Positions 27,217 through 36,411 of a stretch of 45,774 nucleotides of DNA are shown piece by piece. The notes below the pieces were generated by a model. It saw only the letters and a list, made by a program, of their open reading frames with translations. It did no database searches and was not told the origin of the DNA. Both the position numbers and the translations under genes were made by a program. How positions within the stretch are numbered: the first letter of the stretch is position 1; each line of letters starts with the position of its first letter. The DNA is from a virus (lineage: Duplodnaviria; Caudoviricetes). Location: positions 1 to 45,774 of the IMG/VR virus record IMGVR_UViG_3300002092_000070; one strand, given 5' to 3'.

Positions 27217-29721
27217 ATGGCCTCCCAGGCCCCCTTCCCGTTAATGCCGCCGAAGTCCACCGAGCTGCGGATGGCCCACTTCGACGAGAACGTCTACAAC
27301 GCCTTCGTCGGCACCAGCGACACCAACACGGTTCTGTTCAAGTTCCTCGACGCGCTGTGCGGAGATGCCGGTGCCGGTAGCCTCAAAAAAGAGGTGTTCC
27401 TGCAGCGTCTGTCCGGATCGCTGGACAGCATCTACGGCTCCGACCTCGACTACATTTTCGGCAACGTCCGTTTTCTGAGCCGGGCATCTTCCGAAGCCTA
27501 TACCTACGATCCGACGAAAGCGTCGCTGACATCACAGCAATGGGACGAGATTTCGGCTAAGGATGCCCAGTACCGGAGCAGGATTCGGGAGTATTTCACG
27601 GCCTGCGGGCTGGCCGGTACCGCCGACGGTATTCGCCACGCCGTGCACGCCGCGATCAGCTCAGACTGCCAGGTGATGGAAAGCTGGAGATACATCGACT
27701 GCGCGGATGAGGAGACTGAAATCCTCACCCGTTCGGGGTACAAGCATTATTCTGACCTGGAGGAAGACGAGGAGGTTCTTACCCTGAACATGTCCTCCGG
27801 GTTGGCGGAATGGCAGGCCCCCACCAAGATCAACATTTTCCCTGTGGTTAATCACGAAATGCTCTCCGTCGAGATGGGCGGCAGACACTCCTCCTTAACC
27901 ACCATGAACCACCGGTGGCCAGTGAGCAGCAGGGTCAGGCGGTCCGACGGCAGCCGTGGGTATTCCGACATCCGCATCCGCACCTCCGGCGAGCTAACAA
28001 CCGAAGACAGGTTCATCCGGTCCGCTCCGGTGATAGGACTTCCCGAAGTAGCCAAACTCGTCGATTCCCTGGTCGAGCTGGTGGCCTGGTTCGTCACCGA
28101 GGGCCACATTCACGCTCGGACGTCAGTCGTCACCATCGTGCAGTCTCATGCCGTTAATCCCACCAAGGTGGACAGCATCAGAGCGGCCCTCACCGCACTC
28201 ATCGGCCCCGCCGTCGAGGTCTTTGACCGCACCGGTCCGAGAGCAGACCAGCAACCCGCCTGGCGAGAGTGGGTCAGCGAATCCAAGCCAGACATCACCG
28301 TGTTCCGCCTCAACTCGGCGGCTGGGCGACTGCTGATCGCCCAGGCCCCCGACAAAGTAGCCTCAATGGACTTCATTCAGTCTTTGACCCGGTCTCAGCT
28401 CCAGCTTTTCCTGGACACCTGTATCGCCGCCGACGGACACATCCGAAAGGACGGCTACCGATCCTTCGTCCAGAAGTCTATGGAGAGGACCGTGCCGATC
28501 CAGATCGCGGCTACCCTGCTGGGAATCCCCACCTCAATTCAGGAAGGATCGGGTGCCTGCCACGTCCTGAGCCTCTGCGAGCGGGAGAAGTTCGTCCAGC
28601 CCCTCGGGCAGAGCCGAAAGAACGCCGAAAGTGTCCGATACACGGGGACCGTCTGGTGCCCGACAACCCCCAACGGGACATGGTTCGCCCGGCGGCGAGG
28701 TTCCACCTACTTCACAGGAAACAGCTTCGGGATCAGCTTGCCTTTGGGACGATCCGATGGATCGTCTTATGCCGCAACCGAATTGGCCACCGGGCACCAG
28801 GTGTTTTATGGAACCAAAGCCGAAGCAGATTCATTCGTCACCGGCAAGACCGGGTGGCGGGTGCAGCAGATCAGGCCCCGGTCTGAGGTGACCATCGTCC
28901 CCCACAAGACCGACACCACCCCGCGCGAGAACCGACTCCTTCTGGAGATGCTGTCCAAGATCAACACCGTCGACACGGTGGTCACCATCAACCCCAACGG
29001 ATTGAGCGTGCACGCCCCGGTCGCGGTGCGGGCCATCGCCGCCGACTCGACCTACTACCAGGTGGAGAAGATGGTCACCGGGACACCGGTTCTGGAAGAC
29101 CTGCCGACCCCCGAGCTGCTGGCCATCGACCTCGACCCCTCCGAACACTGGCTCAATCCCCGTAGCCCCGAGCTGGCCCCCTACGCCCAGTTCAACATCA
29201 CCCAGGAATACGGCTACTACTACCTGGTCTCCGGTGGCAGCCGGTCGCCCATCGACCAGGTCGATTACGGCATCCTGCAGGACGACGGTTCCACCAAAAC
29301 CGAACCTCCCCTGGACTGGTACGAGCAGACCGAGCAGTACGGGGCCTGGACGGGGTACGACATCGCCGATAGCCCCGACAACTATCCCGGCGGCAAGTTC
29401 GGCCTGACCCCCTCCTCCGCGCCCGCGCTGAACCCCGACCGTTCCCCGTACCATTTCGTCTACGCCAGCCAGGCCGACTACGTGACCGCCCGCAAGGCCG
29501 AAGTGGTCAGGCTCGGCGGCGAGGCCAACGACATCCGGTATCGGCTTCCGGCGCAGAAGACCAATACCTCCAAGAGGGTCTACACGCCCGATCTCGCCAT
29601 CGCCTACACGGCACCGACAAGGGAGTCCACCGTCACCAGTGCCTGGACATCCCGTAAACCGCGCTACGCCAGCTCAGATCAGCGTAACCAGCGCGACCCG
29701 TCCCTGTTTGTGAAGGGGTAG
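27217..29721 (+). CDS. Baseplate wedge (P2 gpI-like position) protein containing an intein
   Basis: Follows baseplate J; 'YRSRIREYF…GTADGIRHAV' gpI-like segment; intein insertion. Confidence 0.8.
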   Translation: MASQAPFPLMPPKSTELRMAHFDENVYNAFVGTSDTNTVLFKFLDALCGDAGAGSLKKEVFLQRLSGSLDSIYGSDLDYIFGNVRFLSRASSEAYTYDPTKASLTSQQWDEISAKDAQYRSRIREYFTACGLAGTADGIRHAVHAAISSDCQVMESWRYIDCADEETEILTRSGYKHYSDLEEDEEVLTLNMSSGLAEWQAPTKINIFPVVNHEMLSVEMGGRHSSLTTMNHRWPVSSRVRRSDGSRGYSDIRIRTSGELTTEDRFIRSAPVIGLPEVAKLVDSLVELVAWFVTEGHIHARTSVVTIVQSHAVNPTKVDSIRAALTALIGPAVEVFDRTGPRADQQPAWREWVSESKPDITVFRLNSAAGRLLIAQAPDKVASMDFIQSLTRSQLQLFLDTCIAADGHIRKDGYRSFVQKSMERTVPIQIAATLLGIPTSIQEGSGACHVLSLCEREKFVQPLGQSRKNAESVRYTGTVWCPTTPNGTWFARRRGSTYFTGNSFGISLPLGRSDGSSYAATELATGHQVFYGTKAEADSFVTGKTGWRVQQIRPRSEVTIVPHKTDTTPRENRLLLEMLSKINTVDTVVTINPNGLSVHAPVAVRAIAADSTYYQVEKMVTGTPVLEDLPTPELLAIDLDPSEHWLNPRSPELAPYAQFNITQEYGYYYLVSGGSRSPIDQVDYGILQDDGSTKTEPPLDWYEQTEQYGAWTGYDIADSPDNYPGGKFGLTPSSAPALNPDRSPYHFVYASQADYVTARKAEVVRLGGEANDIRYRLPAQKTNTSKRVYTPDLAIAYTAPTRESTVTSAWTSRKPRYASSDQRNQRDPSLFVKG
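27700..28722 (+). mobile_element. Class 1 intein with LAGLIDADG homing endonuclease (341 aa)
   Basis: N-junction YID|CADEETEILT, block B TTMNH, LVAWFVTEG and FLDTCIAADG motifs, block F/G VWCPTTPNGTWFARRRGSTYFTGN|S. Confidence 0.93.
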
Positions 29722-29725
29722 CCCA

Positions 29726-32700
29726 GTGGCTAACGACAGCAGCTTCTACTACGACTTCAACTACTCGCTGCCCCTGGTGCAGCTGATCTTGAAAATGCTG
29801 GGCAAGGGCGACGACCCGACCCAGAGCCAGCTGACCGGCGACTCGAATCGGGAATGGTTTGGCCAGTCCAGGGTGGGAACCGACAGCCGCACTGAGTGCG
29901 TGACCGTGAACTTCCGTTTACCGCTGTCGGTGTCGGAGATCAACACCGAGATCGTCCGGATGCCGTGCACGGTTGAGGTCTGGTACCAGGATCGCTCCAA
30001 CAACTGGAGGCCGGTGCTCACCGAGCAGCGCACCCCGATGAAGGTGCGGGTGGATCGCGGCGACACCAAGAGCTGGTACAAGTGGGGGACGCGGTGTTAT
30101 CCCATCGTCGCCAAGAAGGTGCAGCTGCGACTGACCCGGTACGCCGACGGCGTTCTCGACAACATCCCGTACCCGATGGGGGTGCGCAATACCCTGATCC
30201 GGCGCAACGTCTACGACCGCGCCCAGGGCGGATTCTTCGAAGACGAGCTGGACATCATGGGCAACACGGTGTCCAAGTACGTCCGAGACTGGGATGCCTC
30301 CAAAGCCGCCGACGACAACTACACGACGTTTTGGAAGTCGGCTCCGCAGCCCGACCCGGCGGCGGTCGTATCGCTGTTTCTGGACGTTCGGGCCGAGGAC
30401 GGCACCGCCCAGGTCATCGACAAGGTCTACATCGACCCGGTCTATGCCGGGCAGCACCTGAACCTGTATTACAGCTCGGATGCCACTGTCGGGACGCGCA
30501 CCCTGTCGCCGATTACGCTCCCCCCGCCGGTGCCCCTCAATAAGGATCGTCCGACGGTCTTCAACACCGAATGGCGATTTGACCGGGGGCTTACCGACAC
30601 CTCCACCGACCCCGCCGAGTCGCTGTACAGCTGGCCGCTGAACGTCGGTGGTCACGTCGACCAGGATGCCTGGATCGGGGTCTGCTGGAAGCCCGACTTT
30701 GCCTCCACCAACGACCCGAACCTGGCCCACAATCCAACGCTGTTTGCTGCCGCAACACCCGACAGCGACACGGCGAAGCCGGTCTTGATCTACGACCCGA
30801 CTTTGCGGGCCTTTGTTTTAACACTTTTTCACAAAAACAAATCCGGCGATGTCGTCGCCGTCGGCAACTATGTCTCCAGTTCGATCAGCCAGGAGTGGGC
30901 GGCGGGCGACGCGATCAAGATCGTCGCCGGATGGCGATACGGCACCCAGAACAAAGTCTGGATCACCGTCGTCGACAGCCGTGGCCGGGTCATCGCCAGC
31001 CTCGACAATGTGGCCGACGCTCTGCCGAGCGTGGTCAGCTTCGGGGGCACGGCCAGGGTCTCCAATTTCCGGGGCACGATCACCGCCCTGGTGGTCAAGC
31101 TGGAAAGCCACCTGGTGTCCTCTGCCGGTTTCCTGGCCAATCCGGCGGTGTACTGCGAGCCTGATCCGGTGCTGCCCGATAACACCGGCAAGTACCCGGC
31201 GACCACCCTCGACAACGCCATCTATTCGGCACCGTTCCTGACCCGCGAGCACGGCTCCGGCGGCTCCGACCAGTCCCACTTCGAAGACAAAGAGTGGACA
31301 CCGATCTGGCGCGACTACACCGCCGCCAAGGGGATGCTGTTCCTGCCCCAGGCGATTGCGATGAAATACCTGAAGCTGGAATTCACCAATCTCACCGAAC
31401 AGCCCTACCCGATCTACGAGTCGGGCATCGACGTGACCTACAAGGTGTTCCCGGTGTCGATCACCCAGACCTCCAGCATCGGGCCACGTCTCTACACCGG
31501 CACCGGCGGATTCCTGGGGATGGGCACCTTCATCTCGATGAACGGTGTCAGGTCGGTTAACTGGCTTGACCCGACCTCGGTGATGCAGGCCATCGGTGCG
31601 GTGGCCGGGCAGCAGATTCCTCCGGTGGTGATCAACACCGGAAGCCCGTACCTCACCTCCACGCTCCCCAATATGGGGATGACGGCGATACAGCAGTCTC
31701 GAAGCGTGGAAGCGGCCAGCAGCTACGTGTACGCCCGCGACATCATTCAGCCCTACGTTCTCGCCCAAAACCAGTACAATACGATCATCAAAGCCGAAGG
31801 CCTGCAAGCGATTCAGCCTTTCGTTGATATTCCCTGGGAAGAGATCGAAGCCGCCAACCCCGACACCGTGACCAAGGTCAAGTCGACGGGCACGGTTCCG
31901 ATGCGGGGCAGCGACTGGTGGATTTATCCGGGCCAGCAGCTTAAGGTTCCGGCCAGCGTGATGCGCAAAATCACCGACACCCAGACCGTCACCGAACGCA
32001 AACTGACCCTGGAGTCGCGCAGCAGGTTCAACACGACCTGCGTCCACCGCTACGACTTCAAGACCGTCCGCCGGGATTCGGCCATCGCCTACTTCGCCGG
32101 ACTCCGGGAAGTGCAGCCCTACACCTCGACTTTCATCGCCGGGGAGGACTCGCCGTCCTACGATTTTCCCAGCTACACCGGCCAGCACTGGACGCTGGAC
32201 AACATCACCCGCTACCAGAACGACAGCGGCGACAATGGCCCGATCACCGCCAAATACCCCGCCGTCTACGGTGTGGCGACCTCCAAAGACCTTGTCAGCC
32301 AGTCCGAATTCTCCAAGGTGACGTTGTCTTTTCAGGATTCGGGGCTGGCCCGCTCCAACTCGATGTGGGTCGACATTAATCAGACCACCGAGACCGTGGA
32401 CGACACCCAGCTTTCGCCCTACTTCGGTGTCATCCCGTCGAGCATCCCCAAGGGAAACTGGGCCGACGCGCTGGCCAACTGGTCGGACGGCGATGCCGCC
32501 TGGGGTTCGTCCTACGGTCTGGTGTCGATCAATGTCGACAACAACCGCAAGTACCTCGGCAAGCGGGTCGTGCACTTCACCCGCGCCGCCGGTGCCGGGC
32601 AGGCGGGGATCAGCCTCGACCAGTGGCTGAACTTCTCGCCGGGAGCAAAGTTCCGGATCGGTGCCACGTTCTACCGGCCCAAGGCGACCGGCAACAACAT

Positions 32701-34018
32701 CATCCTCCGGCTCAAGCGCAACGACGGCACCATCGTTTTGGAAGAGACCCTGGGAACGCCCCGGATCATCGCCACCTCCAACATCGACATCAATGCGCCG
32801 GGCAGCGTCATCAACGGCACGACCCTGATCATCAACACCCTGGTCTATCTCAACGCCCAGGACGACCCCGGCCAGGACGGCCTGTACCGTTTCCGATCCG
32901 CGACCCTGCCCCTGCAGCCGGTCGCGGTCAGCACCGGCGACTCGGGAGACTCCACGCCGTCGGCCATCGCCAACACCAGCATCGACATCAACTCCCCCGG
33001 TGCCTCCATCGGGGTCACCAGCCCGGCGGTCGGCGACCTAATCTACCTGAGTGCCCAGACCAGGCCCGCCGAGAACGGCCTCTACCGGTTCAAGGGCGCG
33101 ACCACCCCGCTGGTCGAGGTGAACGCCAACGCCTCGGGGACGGTCGACCCCGGCATCTTCAAGAGTGTCGGATACGCGCCCTCGGGCCGGTGGACGAATT
33201 CGGTGACCGCCTTCGCCGAGATTCCCGAAACTCTGTCCAACTCCAGCTTCGACAACACCCTCTTCGGCTGGATTCCGGACGGCGGCACCTGGACGGCGGT
33301 GTCGGACAAGGGCTACACCGGCCTGAAGTCGGCCAAGCTGACGACCAACGGCACCGAGTCGACTTTGGCCACCGAGCCGGTGGAATGCCTACTGAACACG
33401 ACGGTCAGCGCATCGGCGTGGGTCAACTGGAGCGGGCTGACCACGACCGCCGACACGATCTTCCTGCGGGCCGTTTTTTACAACACCGCAGGGGATGTTG
33501 TGTCGATCCCCGGTCTGGACGTTCAGGGGGCCACACAGGTGCCACAGAACGCCTCTACCGGCAGCCTCTGGAATCCGGTAACGACCTCGGTCAAGGTTCC
33601 CGACGGTCTAGGGATCACACAGGTCGCTTTCGAGCTGGTGGTACCCGCCTCGGTCGGCTCCGGCGGATCGGTGTGGGTCGACGACTTCGCCACCGATATC
33701 CCCGGCACCCCGCGCCAGCAGTACACCGCCGAGCTGACCATCGAGGGCAACGAGGAGGAGGAGCTGTACGTCTCCGACCTCTACACCGAGACGACACCGA
33801 TCCGGTACTTCGTCCAGACCGGCAACGTCACCACCGAGAACGGTGAGACCGTCAAGACCTGGAACGACCCCATCGAAGTGACCGACCTCCGGCACACCAA
33901 GAACCAGGCCATCGTGACGACCACCGACCCGGCGAACTCGATACAGGTGCAGACGGTCATCACCACCGACCGGGCCTACGCCTTCGGCTGCAAGATCACT
34001 CCGAACTATCTAAAATAA
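29726..34018 (+). CDS. Large baseplate/tail protein (1430 aa) with carbohydrate-binding-like domains
   Basis: Last gene of structural operon; NSSFD…GSVWVDDF CBM-like region; duplicated ~50-aa module. Confidence 0.8.
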   Translation: MANDSSFYYDFNYSLPLVQLILKMLGKGDDPTQSQLTGDSNREWFGQSRVGTDSRTECVTVNFRLPLSVSEINTEIVRMPCTVEVWYQDRSNNWRPVLTEQRTPMKVRVDRGDTKSWYKWGTRCYPIVAKKVQLRLTRYADGVLDNIPYPMGVRNTLIRRNVYDRAQGGFFEDELDIMGNTVSKYVRDWDASKAADDNYTTFWKSAPQPDPAAVVSLFLDVRAEDGTAQVIDKVYIDPVYAGQHLNLYYSSDATVGTRTLSPITLPPPVPLNKDRPTVFNTEWRFDRGLTDTSTDPAESLYSWPLNVGGHVDQDAWIGVCWKPDFASTNDPNLAHNPTLFAAATPDSDTAKPVLIYDPTLRAFVLTLFHKNKSGDVVAVGNYVSSSISQEWAAGDAIKIVAGWRYGTQNKVWITVVDSRGRVIASLDNVADALPSVVSFGGTARVSNFRGTITALVVKLESHLVSSAGFLANPAVYCEPDPVLPDNTGKYPATTLDNAIYSAPFLTREHGSGGSDQSHFEDKEWTPIWRDYTAAKGMLFLPQAIAMKYLKLEFTNLTEQPYPIYESGIDVTYKVFPVSITQTSSIGPRLYTGTGGFLGMGTFISMNGVRSVNWLDPTSVMQAIGAVAGQQIPPVVINTGSPYLTSTLPNMGMTAIQQSRSVEAASSYVYARDIIQPYVLAQNQYNTIIKAEGLQAIQPFVDIPWEEIEAANPDTVTKVKSTGTVPMRGSDWWIYPGQQLKVPASVMRKITDTQTVTERKLTLESRSRFNTTCVHRYDFKTVRRDSAIAYFAGLREVQPYTSTFIAGEDSPSYDFPSYTGQHWTLDNITRYQNDSGDNGPITAKYPAVYGVATSKDLVSQSEFSKVTLSFQDSGLARSNSMWVDINQTTETVDDTQLSPYFGVIPSSIPKGNWADALANWSDGDAAWGSSYGLVSINVDNNRKYLGKRVVHFTRAAGAGQAGISLDQWLNFSPGAKFRIGATFYRPKATGNNIILRLKRNDGTIVLEETLGTPRIIATSNIDINAPGSVINGTTLIINTLVYLNAQDDPGQDGLYRFRSATLPLQPVAVSTGDSGDSTPSAIANTSIDINSPGASIGVTSPAVGDLIYLSAQTRPAENGLYRFKGATTPLVEVNANASGTVDPGIFKSVGYAPSGRWTNSVTAFAEIPETLSNSSFDNTLFGWIPDGGTWTAVSDKGYTGLKSAKLTTNGTESTLATEPVECLLNTTVSASAWVNWSGLTTTADTIFLRAVFYNTAGDVVSIPGLDVQGATQVPQNASTGSLWNPVTTSVKVPDGLGITQVAFELVVPASVGSGGSVWVDDFATDIPGTPRQQYTAELTIEGNEEEELYVSDLYTETTPIRYFVQTGNVTTENGETVKTWNDPIEVTDLRHTKNQAIVTTTDPANSIQVQTVITTDRAYAFGCKITPNYLK

Positions 34019-34050
34019 AAAGAGAAAAGGCCACCAGCTGGCTGCTGACC
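34012..34050 (-). terminator. Intrinsic terminator for leftward genes
   Basis: Minus strand GGTCAGCAGCCAGCTGGTGGCC hairpin followed by TTTTCTCTTTTT. Confidence 0.7.
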
Positions 34051-34069
34051 GGAGACCTGAGCGCGTAGC

Positions 34070-34774
34070 TCAGTCCTTGTCGAGGTTCCGGTTGTACAGC
34101 AACGGGAACTGGAGCTGGCTGTCCTCGGTGGGCGGGGTGTAGTCGGTCTGGAGCCATTCGTCGGCCTTCCGGCGGCGGTCGCGGGCGGTGTTCTCCTCCT
34201 CGACCGTCCGGTCGCCGGGCAGCACCTTGGAGGCGTAGGCCCGATCCACGTCGGTCGCGACACCGTCAACGGTCACCACGTACACCACATGGGTGTATGC
34301 GTTGCCCGTCCAGGTGTTGATCCGATCCCGCTCCTCGATGGACTCGACGACCGCCTCGGCGGTGTTGTCGATCTCGGTGAAGAACCCGCAGTCGCGCATC
34401 ACCGCCCACCGGATCGTGTCGCCGACGACGATATCGCGGCGCATCACCGACTCCAGCGAGATGCCGGTGTCCGAAAACGCCAGACCGGCGGCGATCTCGC
34501 CGTCGGTGGCCTCCCGCTCGATGTCCTCGGCGAAGACCTTCCTGGCCTTGGCGATGGCCTCGATCATCTCGGGGGCGGTGGCCTTTTCGGCATCGACCTC
34601 GCCGACGGTCGGGGAGCGGCCCAGGTCGGCCTGGAGCCGAAGGATCAGCTTCTCGATCCCGTCATCGAGACGGTCGGCGGGGGCATCGCCCCACAGCATC
34701 TCCGAGCCGTCGGGGTTGAGGTCGCCGAACTGCTGCAGCGACGCTCCGGTGAGGGAAGTCGACCAATAGCCCAT
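34070..34774 (-). CDS. Hypothetical protein (234 aa)
   Basis: Codon bias, RBS (GCAGGT), promoter upstream. Confidence 0.8.
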   Translation of the reverse strand: MGYWSTSLTGASLQQFGDLNPDGSEMLWGDAPADRLDDGIEKLILRLQADLGRSPTVGEVDAEKATAPEMIEAIAKARKVFAEDIEREATDGEIAAGLAFSDTGISLESVMRRDIVVGDTIRWAVMRDCGFFTEIDNTAEAVVESIEERDRINTWTGNAYTHVVYVVTVDGVATDVDRAYASKVLPGDRTVEEENTARDRRRKADEWLQTDYTPPTEDSQLQFPLLYNRNLDKD

Positions 34775-34821
34775 TTTAGTTACCTGCTTTCGTCTGTGGG
34801 TGGGTGGTGGTCATGTATTCA

Positions 34822-34844
34822 ATTGTAGTTTCGGGGTCTGACAA
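34822..34844 (-). promoter_or_regulatory. PafBC/RecA-NDp-type promoter TTGTCAG-N10-TACAAT
   Basis: Minus strand TTGTCAGACCCCGAAACTACAAT fits TGTCRG-N10-TANNNT. Confidence 0.65.
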
Positions 34845-34851
34845 GTTTTCG

Positions 34852-35049
34852 TCAGAAGCCCGGCAGACCGGTGCCGGTGATGTGCACCCGCGTCAGGATT
34901 TCGTAGTGGGCGCGGGGCTGGCCGTTTTTGCGGAGCTGTACCGGCGTGCGGCACTCGCGGCAGTAGGTTTTCCCGGTGTACTTGCCGACGGTAACGCCCT
35001 CACTGGCCGGGCAACGGTAGCGGTATTTCGGGCCGACGGTGATGGTCAA
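34852..35049 (-). CDS. Small Zn-ribbon protein (65 aa)
   Basis: GAAGGA RBS, TTG start, C…CxxC…H. Confidence 0.65.
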   Translation of the reverse strand: MTITVGPKYRYRCPASEGVTVGKYTGKTYCRECRTPVQLRKNGQPRAHYEILTRVHITGTGLPGF

Positions 35050-35087
35050 GGGTGTTTTCCTTCAGTCGTGGGTGGTGGACACCTATG

Positions 35088-35116
35088 ACTATACTCGCGC
35101 TACATGACGATTGCAA
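35088..35116 (-). promoter_or_regulatory. SigA-like promoter TTGCAA-17-TATAGT
   Basis: Canonical spacing upstream of 35049 gene. Confidence 0.7.
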
Positions 35117-35151
35117 CATGGTGAAGAAAAAACACGCCTGAGCATTGGTTG

Positions 35152-35181
35152 TTGACATTCATCCTGTAGACAATGTAAGTT
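35152..35181 (+). promoter_or_regulatory. SigA-like promoter TTGACA-18-TAAGTT
   Basis: AT-rich divergent intergenic region. Confidence 0.6.
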
Positions 35182-35216
35182 TATTATATCACCACCCACC
35201 GACCCAAGGAGCACCA

Positions 35217-35516
35217 ATGGCCCGCAATTACGAGCGCGACGGCAAGCACTACGACTTCGCCGTCCTGACCCACCTGGTCGAAACCGGCGAGGCCACGTTC
35301 TTCGACGGCCCCGGCATCTACGTCCTCAAGACCGAAGACGGCACGGTCGCGGTTCGCCCCCATCAGGTCGTCTTTGCCTCGACCCCGGCCCCGTTCACCA
35401 TTACCGAGGTCGACGAGATCGCCGCCCCGGTCACCTCGACCGACCAGTCGCGCCGTCAGACCTCCTGGGTTTCGGCTGCCGAGCAGGACGAAATCTTGGG
35501 GTATTTCGGTATCTGA
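35217..35516 (+). CDS. Hypothetical protein (99 aa)
   Basis: AAGGAG RBS before ATG 35217. Confidence 0.75.
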   Translation: MARNYERDGKHYDFAVLTHLVETGEATFFDGPGIYVLKTEDGTVAVRPHQVVFASTPAPFTITEVDEIAAPVTSTDQSRRQTSWVSAAEQDEILGYFGI

Positions 35517-35573
35517 TACTTTTCATGCTATAGTCTATGTGTAGCCACCACCACCCAGGAAGGAGCCAGTCAC

Positions 35574-35756
35574 ATGGCGAAGAAGAAGTCCAAGCTCGAC
35601 GGGATCGTCCTGCCGACCCGCAAGATGACCGGCGAGCAGATCGCCGGGATGTTCCACCTGGCCCACCGGTCGGGGGCGATCCCGGCCAAGAGTTCCGACT
35701 CGGTTCGGGGCGGTCGTCAGGCATCGCGCCGGGCGGCGATCAACTCGGGCTGGTAA
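35574..35756 (+). CDS. Small basic hypothetical protein (60 aa)
   Basis: AAGGAG RBS; TATAGT -10 at 35529. Confidence 0.7.
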   Translation: MAKKKSKLDGIVLPTRKMTGEQIAGMFHLAHRSGAIPAKSSDSVRGGRQASRRAAINSGW

Positions 35757-35810
35757 CAGCCCACCACCCTCTTTCTCACCCACCCACCCACTGGAAATGA
35801 GGAGCCACCG

Positions 35811-36047
35811 ATGACCCGCTATCCCAGCAAGGAAGCCCGCGAGATCATCGTGATCGCCAAAAGGATCGGCTGGCGGCACGCCGGGTACACCAGCAAGGGA
35901 CACCCCGTCCTGGTGCACGAGAACGGCGAGACCTACATCCTGGCCGCGACACCGTCCAGCCACCGGAACCGGGCCAATTCCCTGAACATGCTGGAGAAGC
36001 TGTCGGGATGCAAGCTGCACCCGAAAAAACAAAAACAGGCAGGCTAG
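35811..36047 (+). CDS. HicA-like (dsRBD-fold) protein
   Basis: REIIVIAKRIGW…KGHPVLVH…ATPSS.R motif of phage HicA-like proteins; GAGGAG RBS. Confidence 0.7.
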   Translation: MTRYPSKEAREIIVIAKRIGWRHAGYTSKGHPVLVHENGETYILAATPSSHRNRANSLNMLEKLSGCKLHPKKQKQAG

Positions 36048-36068
36048 CTGAATTTTTGGCTGGCATTC

Positions 36069-36103
36069 CCCTGGGTAGTGGTGCCGAACACACCGGAATA
36101 GGT
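36069..36103 (+). promoter_or_regulatory. Putative late-promoter motif CCCTG-N22-GAA
   Basis: Same overall spacing as 5572 and 24426. Confidence 0.45.
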
Positions 36104-36141
36104 GAGCGGCACCGTGCCGAACGGGAGCGAGGTAATCGCCT

Positions 36142-36411
36142 GTGGCGTTGTCCGAGCATTACGAACGAGCCAACGACAGCCTGGTCAAGCGGACCTGCAA
36201 GACCTGCGAATGGTACAAGACCCTACCACCCCATGAACAAGACTTTTTCGACGAGAAGGTGCGCGAGGCACTACTGACGCGGGGCAATATGCAGCGTCTC
36301 CGGCGGGCCGTCCTCTCCGAGGGCCACGAGGTCGCCCGATCCACCTTCCACGGCCACGTCCACGAGCACCACCTGGAGCTGGCCGCTCAACGCAGGGCGG
36401 GGGAGCTGTGA
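36142..36411 (+). CDS. Small CxxC/His protein (89 aa)
   Basis: GAGG RBS; CKTC and HxxxH; coupled to next gene. Confidence 0.7.
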   Translation: MALSEHYERANDSLVKRTCKTCEWYKTLPPHEQDFFDEKVREALLTRGNMQRLRRAVLSEGHEVARSTFHGHVHEHHLELAAQRRAGEL

